Source: Synechococcus sp. Cruz-7E5
Lineage (GTDB): Bacteria; Cyanobacteriota; Cyanobacteriia; PCC-6307; Cyanobiaceae
Length of the DNA: 32,000 nt
Assembly (NCBI RefSeq): GCF_024345995.1
Contig: NZ_JAGQCE010000003.1
Span: forward strand, 112,759-144,758
Direction of reading: 5' to 3'
Every line of letters starts with the position of its first letter. Positions within the stretch are counted from its first letter, which is position 1. The position numbers and the translations under genes were made by a program. Below, piece by piece: positions 25,795 to 32,000 of this stretch. A model generated the notes under the pieces. That model was not told the DNA's origin. It did not search any database and was given only the letters and a program-made list of their open reading frames with translations.

Positions 25795-25977
25795 ATGGGC
25801 GATACCTATCAGATCCTGCGCGATGACGGTGTGAAGGACGGCATCGCCGGCAGGGTGTTCGCCAGCTACGACGAGGCCTACGCCGTGGTGGAACGGTATT
25901 ACGCCGACATCTGCTGCTCCGACGATCGGGAGTATTACCGGATCGTGCCGGTTGCTGGGTCAGGTTCGGGAGCCTGA
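25795..25977 (+). CDS. Small hypothetical protein
   Basis: MGDTYQILRDDGVKDGIAGRVFASYDEAYAVVERYYADICCSDDREYYRIVP. Confidence 0.5.
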   Translation: MGDTYQILRDDGVKDGIAGRVFASYDEAYAVVERYYADICCSDDREYYRIVPVAGSGSGA

Positions 25978-26074
25978 ACGCTCCCGGATAAAGCGGCCCA
26001 TCGCAAAGCCGAGCCCTTGCTGGCTGCCAGCAGAAGCCCCCCATGGGCGCCTGGGATCTGCGCGAGAACGGGCG

Positions 26075-26236
26075 CTACTGGCTCTGTGCGGCTCTCGGCG
26101 CTGGCGGAGAGGCTTGATCCGCCTCCAGCTTGTCCTTGCAGGTGGAGCAGAGCACAGTCCCTTTCTGATCTCGATAGAGGCGCATCGAGCGTTCGATCTG
26201 CACGCCACAGCCAGAACAGGGGAAAAGAGGGCTCAT
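26075..26236 (-). CDS. Small zinc-ribbon-like protein (start approximate)
   Basis: MSPLFPCSGCGVQIERSMRLYRDQKGTVLCSTCKDKLEAD, two CxxC pairs. Confidence 0.4.
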   Translation of the reverse strand: MSPLFPCSGCGVQIERSMRLYRDQKGTVLCSTCKDKLEADQASPPAPRAAQSQ

Positions 26237-26430
26237 CGGTTGCAGGACTCCCCATTCCATCTAGTGGAGCTTGAGTTCCGGAGCCGTCTCATCCATGACC
26301 GATGTACGGCCAAGATCACTGGGTGGTTGCCTTCCATTGGGGCCCTGAGCAGAGCCTGACCCCCAGACTGACCCTGCACGACCTGCCCAACGCCCGCGTT
26401 GGCCTGGTGATCCGGCACCACACCACCACC

Positions 26431-27918
26431 ATGACCAACTCCGCCCTTCCGCCGATCGCAGGCGATGAAGCCGGGATCCTCGCCCTGATGCAGCAGGCCG
26501 GCCCCGTTTTCCGGCCGCGCACCAATCTCAACCTGGCCCAGATCCGCTCAGGCTTTGCCTGCGCCCTGCACATGCACCAGCCCACTATTCCCGCCGGGGC
26601 GAATGGTGAGCTGATTTCGCATCTGCAGTACATGTTCGAGCACCCTGGCGAGGGTGACAACCACAACGCCGAACCATTTGCCCACTGCTACAAGCGCCTC
26701 GCGGAGATCCTCCCCCAGCTGATTTCAGAGGGCTGCAACCCACGGATCATGCTGGATTATTCCGGCAACCTGCTCTGGGGTTTTGAGCAGATGGGCCGTC
26801 ACGACATACTCGACGCCCTGAAACTTCTCGCCTGCGATCCCAGCCTGCAACCCCACGTGGAATGGCTCGGCACCTTCTGGAGCCATGCCGTGGCACCCTC
26901 CACGCCCATCCCCGATCTCAGGTTGCAGATCCTGGCCTGGCAACACCATTTCGCGGCGCTCTTCGGCCCTGAGGCACTGCAACGGGTGAAGGGTTTCTCG
27001 CCGCCTGAAATGCACCTGCCCAACCACCCCGACACCCTCTATGCCCTGGTGAAGGCTCTCAGGGAATGCGGCTACCAGTGGCTGCTGGTGCAGGAGCACA
27101 GCGTCGAGAACCTCGATGGCTCCAGCCTCAGCCAGGCGCAGAAGTACATCCCCAACCAACTCGTGGCGCGCAACTCCAGCGGTGAGTCGGTGAGTATCAC
27201 AGCTTTGATCAAAACCCAGGGCTCCGATACCAAGCTGGTGGGCCAGATGCAGCCCTGCTACGAAGCCATCGGGCTGGGCCGCCAAGCGCTGGGAGACACC
27301 ACGATCCCCTCGCTCGTGTCGCAGATTGCCGACGGCGAAAATGGCGGTGTGATGATGAATGAATTCCCATCCGCCTTCATCCAGGCCCATCAGAAAATCG
27401 CCGCCCAGGCGAGTGATTCCGGTGGTGAACCGGCCACCGATTCAGCCACCGTGGCGATCAATGGCACCGAGTATCTGGAGTTACTGGAAGCCGCCGGTGT
27501 CCAACCAGCCGATTACCCAGGCATTCAGGCGGTTCAGCAACACAAGCTCTGGGAGGCCGTTGACGGCCAGACCAGGGGCAACCCACCCACCCCAACGGCC
27601 ACCGAAGCAGCAATCGCCGCACTCCAGGCCAGCGATCCCCACTTCTCGATGGCGGGTGCCTCCTGGACCAACGACCTCAGCTGGGTCGAGGGCTACGGCA
27701 ACGTGCTGGAGCCGATGAACCGCCTCAGCGCCCATTTCCACCAGGTGTTTGATCCCCTGGTGGCGCAGGACCCCACCATCACCAGAACCCCGCGCTACCA
27801 GGACGCCCTGCTCCACCTGCTGCTGCTGGAAACCAGCTGCTTCCGCTACTGGGGCCAGGGCGCCTGGACCGGTTACGCCAGCGAGATCCATAGGCGCGGT
27901 GAAGCCGCGATCGGTTAG
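26431..27918 (+). CDS. GH57-like glycoside hydrolase (start at MTNSALPP likely; ORF opens at 26302)
   Basis: ACALHMHQPTIPAG, LLWGFEQMGRHDIL, WLGTFWSHAVAPSTPIPDLRLQILAWQHHFAALFG, GFSPPEMHLPNHPDTL. Confidence 0.82.
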   Translation: MTNSALPPIAGDEAGILALMQQAGPVFRPRTNLNLAQIRSGFACALHMHQPTIPAGANGELISHLQYMFEHPGEGDNHNAEPFAHCYKRLAEILPQLISEGCNPRIMLDYSGNLLWGFEQMGRHDILDALKLLACDPSLQPHVEWLGTFWSHAVAPSTPIPDLRLQILAWQHHFAALFGPEALQRVKGFSPPEMHLPNHPDTLYALVKALRECGYQWLLVQEHSVENLDGSSLSQAQKYIPNQLVARNSSGESVSITALIKTQGSDTKLVGQMQPCYEAIGLGRQALGDTTIPSLVSQIADGENGGVMMNEFPSAFIQAHQKIAAQASDSGGEPATDSATVAINGTEYLELLEAAGVQPADYPGIQAVQQHKLWEAVDGQTRGNPPTPTATEAAIAALQASDPHFSMAGASWTNDLSWVEGYGNVLEPMNRLSAHFHQVFDPLVAQDPTITRTPRYQDALLHLLLLETSCFRYWGQGAWTGYASEIHRRGEAAIG

Positions 27919-27946
27919 TCCGCCCAGGTCTTGAAGTTGGCGTGGA

Positions 27947-29344
27947 TCACCGGCTCGATTGGGTGGCCCCGGGCGCCTGATCGATCAGCGCCTGGCACTG
28001 GTGCTCGTTCCAGCCCTCACCGCGCCAGCGCTCACCCAGGGAGCCACTGATGGCACTCACCAGCAACAGGGCGGGCAACAACGCCGGATCGCCCTGCAGG
28101 GTGAACACGAAAGCCGCGCAGAACAGCGGGCTGCCGTGGGCACTGGCGAACAGGGCGGTGGCGCCGACCGCTGCCAGCTGGGCCAGCTCAGTGGCGCCCA
28201 GGCCGGCGGACCGCAGGGGGCTGGTGAGGAGCGCACCCAGGGTCATGCTGTCGTGCATCAGGCCACCGGGAGCACCCGCTGCCAGGCTGAGCACGGTGGC
28301 CAGGGTTCGCCACAGCAGGGTGAGCGAAGGCCCGCCATCCCCCCCGGCCAGGGCCGATGCCAGTGACAGGGATCCATCGTTGAGGCTGAGGCCGCCGCTG
28401 GCGAGCGCCAGCAGCGTGAGCAGGCCGGCCAGCAGCAACGCCCCGCCCAGGCGCCTGCGCACCAGCAGCCGCTTCACCCAGGCTGCCGCCGGGATCAGCA
28501 GCCGCACCAGCAGGGCGCCAGCCGCAGCACCCACCAGGGTCAGCAGCATGGCCCAGCCCCACAGGGCCGGCGCGAGGCCGCCCAGGTCCAGGCCCGGCAG
28601 GCGAGCCGGTTGTCCCATCGCCGTTGCCACCACGGTGCCGCTGCCCGCCAGCAGCAGCGCGGGCAGCACCAGGGGCAGTCCACTGCGTTGCCCAAGCTCC
28701 TCCAGGCCATAGGCCACCGCCAGCAGGGGTGAACGGAAGGCCGCACCCAGCCCGGCGGCTCCGCCGATCACGGCCACCAGACTGGAGGGAAGCTGGGCCA
28801 GGGGGCTGCAGCCGGGCCAGCGTCGCCGGATCGCCAGCAGCACACTGGCTCCGAGTGCCACCGAAGGGGACTCCACCCCGACTGTGAGTCCACCCAGATG
28901 GGTGAGCAGCATCAGCGGCAGCCGCCGCAGCTGGCTGGCCAGGCTCAGCTTCTCCAGCCAGCGCGCTTCCGCCTCGGGGGAAACCTGCCGGCCGGAGCGA
29001 TCCAGGGCCAGCAGGGGGGCGACGCCGCCGCCTCTACCGGCCGCCAACGGACCCCAGGCAAGCCAGATCAGCAGTGCGCTGGCCGCGAACACCAGCACGG
29101 CTCCCAGGCCAGGTGGCAGCCTCTGAGCGATGCCGCCATGGCCACCCTCCAGACCGGGCAGCGGCCACAGCCAGCGCTGCAGCTGAAAGCCCAGTTCGGA
29201 GAGGGCCTGGTACGGCCACTGCAGCAGCCCCAGCACCAGGCCCAGCAGCAGCCAGACGACAAGAACAGCCACGGGCACCGCAGGATCAGACCCCAGCGAA
29301 GCAGCCAACGATGGCAAGCACCCGCAGGCTGCGCGAAGAGTCAT
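27947..29344 (-). CDS. ClC-family chloride channel/transporter
   Basis: LTVGVESPSVALGASVLLA, GGAAGLGAAFRSPLLAVAYGLEEL, ATVLSLAAGAPGGLMHDSMTLGALL; hydrophobic. Confidence 0.85.
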   Translation of the reverse strand: MTLRAACGCLPSLAASLGSDPAVPVAVLVVWLLLGLVLGLLQWPYQALSELGFQLQRWLWPLPGLEGGHGGIAQRLPPGLGAVLVFAASALLIWLAWGPLAAGRGGGVAPLLALDRSGRQVSPEAEARWLEKLSLASQLRRLPLMLLTHLGGLTVGVESPSVALGASVLLAIRRRWPGCSPLAQLPSSLVAVIGGAAGLGAAFRSPLLAVAYGLEELGQRSGLPLVLPALLLAGSGTVVATAMGQPARLPGLDLGGLAPALWGWAMLLTLVGAAAGALLVRLLIPAAAWVKRLLVRRRLGGALLLAGLLTLLALASGGLSLNDGSLSLASALAGGDGGPSLTLLWRTLATVLSLAAGAPGGLMHDSMTLGALLTSPLRSAGLGATELAQLAAVGATALFASAHGSPLFCAAFVFTLQGDPALLPALLLVSAISGSLGERWRGEGWNEHQCQALIDQAPGATQSSR

Positions 29345-29386
29345 GGCACTGCAGGCCTGGTGCCCGTTTTCAACAGCAGCGGGCGA

Positions 29387-30208
29387 TCAGCTCGGCCAGC
29401 TCCAGATCAGCCCCTGGACGGCATAGAACCCCCCTGCCGCCAGAAGTACCAGGGCACTGACGCGGGTGAGCGTGGCTCCATGGCGCAGCAGCAGCCTTGA
29501 GGTGCCCAACAGGCCGGCCCAGAGGCTGGTGGCGGCGATCACGGCGGTGTAACCCAGGGCGTAACTCACCATCGTGACCACCGATAACAGAACCGAGCCG
29601 GTGCCGGCCGCAGCGGCGAGCACCGAGAACAGCACCGGACTGGCACAGGGAGAGCTGACCAGAGCGAATCCCATCCCCACCAGGAACGGGCCACCGGCCG
29701 GAGGCAGTTCGGGCAGGCGGGGCAGCCGCAGGGGGAGCCACCCCGCCAGATTCAGGCCCATCACCAGGATGAGCAGTCCCACCCCCAGATGGACCGGGCC
29801 GCGGTGGTCCACCACCACGGCTGCGGCGAACGAGGCGACCAGGCCGAACAGGCTCAGCACCACGACGGTGCCGGCCACGAATCCAGCCACCCTGACGAAG
29901 GCCTGACGCCGGCTGAGCGGCCCGAGCGTGCCGATGTAACTGAGGTTCATCGGCAGCATCGCCAGCAGGCATGGCGAAACGCTTGCCAGCAGCCCACCGG
30001 CGAAAGCCGCCAGCGGAATCAGAAACGGGGGAATAGCGCCCCAGTCCTCGAACCGTTCGGCGTAGGCCTGCGACGTCGACAGGATCGCCTGATCCAGTTG
30101 AGCGCCGATCTGCGGCAGCCAGTGCAAAACCAACCCTGCCAGCAGGGTCACCACGGCCAGGAGCACCAGAATCGCCGGTCCTTGCCTGCGCACGGCGGAT
30201 CGGCTCAT
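29387..30208 (-). CDS. CcdA/DsbD-type thiol-disulfide membrane protein
   Basis: SVSPCLLAMLPMNLSYIGTLGPLSRRQAF, GMGFALVSSPCASPVLFSVLAAAAG; ATGA overlap with the thioredoxin-like ORF. Confidence 0.83.
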   Translation of the reverse strand: MSRSAVRRQGPAILVLLAVVTLLAGLVLHWLPQIGAQLDQAILSTSQAYAERFEDWGAIPPFLIPLAAFAGGLLASVSPCLLAMLPMNLSYIGTLGPLSRRQAFVRVAGFVAGTVVVLSLFGLVASFAAAVVVDHRGPVHLGVGLLILVMGLNLAGWLPLRLPRLPELPPAGGPFLVGMGFALVSSPCASPVLFSVLAAAAGTGSVLLSVVTMVSYALGYTAVIAATSLWAGLLGTSRLLLRHGATLTRVSALVLLAAGGFYAVQGLIWSWPS

Positions 30209-30690
30209 CGCTTGAGCATCGATTGAACTTTGCTGATCGCCTTGCTGTAGGCGCTCGCATCTGTGCTGGCCCGGAAGGTCTGCGCCGTGGTGCCGGTGGC
30301 AGGGTCGATCACGGCCACCAGCGAGGTCTGGCTGCGGTTGGCCTCCAGGAAGGCGCTGAGGCCGAGCGCCCGGGCCCGTTCGTGCGAGGCCTTCAAGGTG
30401 GCGGCATCAGACACGTCGAAGGTCACGAAGGTGGCCTTGCCGGCCTTGCTTTGCTGCAGGGAACGCAGGGTCGGCGCGATCGTGCGGCAGGCCGGGCACC
30501 AGCTGGCGTAGATGTCGACCACGACAGGTTTGCCCTGCAGGGAAGGGGCGAGGGCACCTCCCTGCTTCTGGGCCACCCATCCGCCGGGGCCAGGTTCCCG
30601 GGGTGGGGAGGCGACCGGAACGGAGCCAGGCAGGCCGATGGGCAGGGGGATTCCGAGGGTGAGCAGCAGAGCGGTGAGGGGCAAGGACAT
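30205..30690 (-). CDS. Thioredoxin-fold protein
   Basis: KPVVVDIYASWCPACRTIAPTLRSL. Confidence 0.87.
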   Translation of the reverse strand: MSLPLTALLLTLGIPLPIGLPGSVPVASPPREPGPGGWVAQKQGGALAPSLQGKPVVVDIYASWCPACRTIAPTLRSLQQSKAGKATFVTFDVSDAATLKASHERARALGLSAFLEANRSQTSLVAVIDPATGTTAQTFRASTDASAYSKAISKVQSMLKR

Positions 30691-30750
30691 CGCGGTAGAG
30701 AATGCGAACGCCTGATCTACCGGCGAACCCTTCCGCTGGATTGCCCGGGC

Positions 30751-31635
30751 TCACCCATTCCCCGGCCCCTGCGCGGCGGCGAGCTTGCGGCGGCCGAAAC
30801 CGACCATGGCGAATCCGGTGATGTTCATCCAGAGGCTGTAGATCGCAGCCGGCACGGCCATGTCGATGTTGTTCAGCAGGCCGGCCGTGATCGCGATCGC
30901 GAGCGTGCCGTTCTGGATACCCACCTCGATGGCGATGCTGAGCCGCTGGGCGAGGGGCAGACCCAGCTGACGCGCCGAGAGGAAGCCGGCCGCCGTTCCC
31001 AGCAGATTCAGCACGACCACCGCCGCGCCCACCTGGGCGATGAAGCCGGGCAGCCTGCCTGCTTCCTTGATCACCAGCAACAGGATGATCAACGCCAGCA
31101 GACCTGCGGCCAACCGCCCCATCTGCTTCTCCAGCCTCAGCGCTGCGGCGGTGAACCGCTGCCGGATCCCCATGCCGATGGCCGTCGGCACCAGGGTGAT
31201 CAGCACGATTCGCAGCATCGTCGGCAGCACAGGCAGGCTGATCTCCGCGCCGGATCCCATCAGCCTCTGCAAGGCCAGATTGGCGAGCACGGGGATCGTG
31301 AACACCGTCACCACGCTGCTGATCGCCGTGAGCGTCACCGACAGGGCCACATCCCCCTTCGCCAGGTAGGTGATCAGGTTGGAAGAGGGGCCGCCGGGGC
31401 AGATCGCCACGATCACCAGACCGACCGCCAGCGCCGGTTCCATCGGCCAGAGCCAGGCCAGCAGGCCGCCGATCAGCGGCAGCACCACGATCTGACAGAA
31501 GCTGCCCAGCGCCACGGCCCGGGGATAGCGGCTGATGCGCCGGAAGTCCTCCGGAACCAGGCTCAGCCCCATCCCCAGCATCACGATGGCCAGGGCGACG
31601 GGCAGCAGAACAGTCGTCAGCAAGCTGTTCTGCAT
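30751..31635 (-). CDS. Bile acid:sodium symporter family transporter
   Basis: VMLGMGLSLVPEDFRR, VAICPGGPSSNLITYLAKGDVALSVTLTAISSVVTVFTIP, AIEVGIQNGTLAIAI. Confidence 0.88.
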   Translation of the reverse strand: MQNSLLTTVLLPVALAIVMLGMGLSLVPEDFRRISRYPRAVALGSFCQIVVLPLIGGLLAWLWPMEPALAVGLVIVAICPGGPSSNLITYLAKGDVALSVTLTAISSVVTVFTIPVLANLALQRLMGSGAEISLPVLPTMLRIVLITLVPTAIGMGIRQRFTAAALRLEKQMGRLAAGLLALIILLLVIKEAGRLPGFIAQVGAAVVVLNLLGTAAGFLSARQLGLPLAQRLSIAIEVGIQNGTLAIAITAGLLNNIDMAVPAAIYSLWMNITGFAMVGFGRRKLAAAQGPGNG

Positions 31636-31763
31636 CGGTGCCAAGGAACGGTCCGGACAAGATCGCATTGATCCTGTCTGCCGTCTCTGCAGGCCCCACT
31701 CCAGGCAGCTGACCCGCTGCTGCGCTGCGGGGCTGTCATCCTGGAATCAGCTCCGTGCCGCTC

Positions 31764-31908
31764 GATGGCCCTGCGCTGCGCCAGCGAATTTCCGCCCTCT
31801 CCCGAGCTGGCCAGGCCGCTTGAGCAGAAGCAGGTGGTGCCGCCGCCCCTGGAGTCGTTCAGCAAGCAGGAACTGAGCGAACTGGTGCGGCAGTTGCTGG
31901 GGGAGTGA
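31764..31908 (+). CDS. Small hypothetical protein upstream of the deacetylase-like gene
   Basis: MALRCASEFPPSPELARPLEQKQVVPPPLESFSKQELSELVRQLLGE*; stop overlaps the next ATG. Confidence 0.45.
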
Positions 31909-32000
31909 TGGGTGCCACCGGACTGGTGATCGATCCAGCCTTCCGCCTGCACGACACGGGAGTGGGCCACCCCGAGAGCCCGCAGCGGCTGGAGGCGATC
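31908..32000 (+). CDS. Histone-deacetylase-like protein, 5' portion only
   Basis: MGATGLVIDPAFRLHDTGVGHPESPQRLEAI resembles HDAC/AcuC N-termini. Confidence 0.65.
   Translation, partial: MGATGLVIDPAFRLHDTGVGHPESPQRLEAI

Noticed and set aside
28050-28712. ORF 28050-28712 (+, 220 aa).
   Set aside because: Antisense shadow of the ClC-family gene with biased composition.
29370-30260. ORF 29370-30260 (-, 296 aa).
   Set aside because: Out-of-frame shadow of the CcdA-like gene at 29387-30208, which has SPC motifs and hydrophobic segments.
30223-31699. Long ORFs 30223-31671 (+, 482 aa) and 30407-31699 (-, 430 aa).
   Set aside because: Low-complexity shadow ORFs of GC-rich DNA overlapping the motif-supported thioredoxin-like and bile-acid symporter genes.

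Overview
This GC-rich window looks cyanobacterial (Synechococcus/Cyanobium-like by gene style; inference only). Conserved-type genes flank an accessory island at about 2.1-21.4 kb. Left flank: selO. Right flank: TauE/SafE permease, dCTP deaminase, GH57-like protein, ClC channel, CcdA-like plus thioredoxin-like pair, bile-acid:Na+ symporter-like protein, and the start of a histone-deacetylase-like gene. The island has two arrays. In the left array (2.1-10.7 kb), seven copies of the 3' end of one helicase/DUF3427-type gene alternate with six toxin-antitoxin (TA) type modules: HicBA, VapBC, HicBA, MNT/HEPN, Phd/Doc, MNT/HEPN. In the right array (13.3-21.4 kb), broken copies of an HNH-HIT fusion gene alternate with a DUF3883-type gene, HigBA, a BrnT-like/CopG-like pair and three MNT/HEPN modules. 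A lower-GC convergent restriction-modification pair (NotI-like endonuclease candidate plus C5-cytosine methyltransferase) lies between the arrays. Several modules carry specific lesions or survive only as scars. No integrase, transposase, tRNA or CRISPR array was recognised. Family calls come from motif recognition by eye and need database confirmation.
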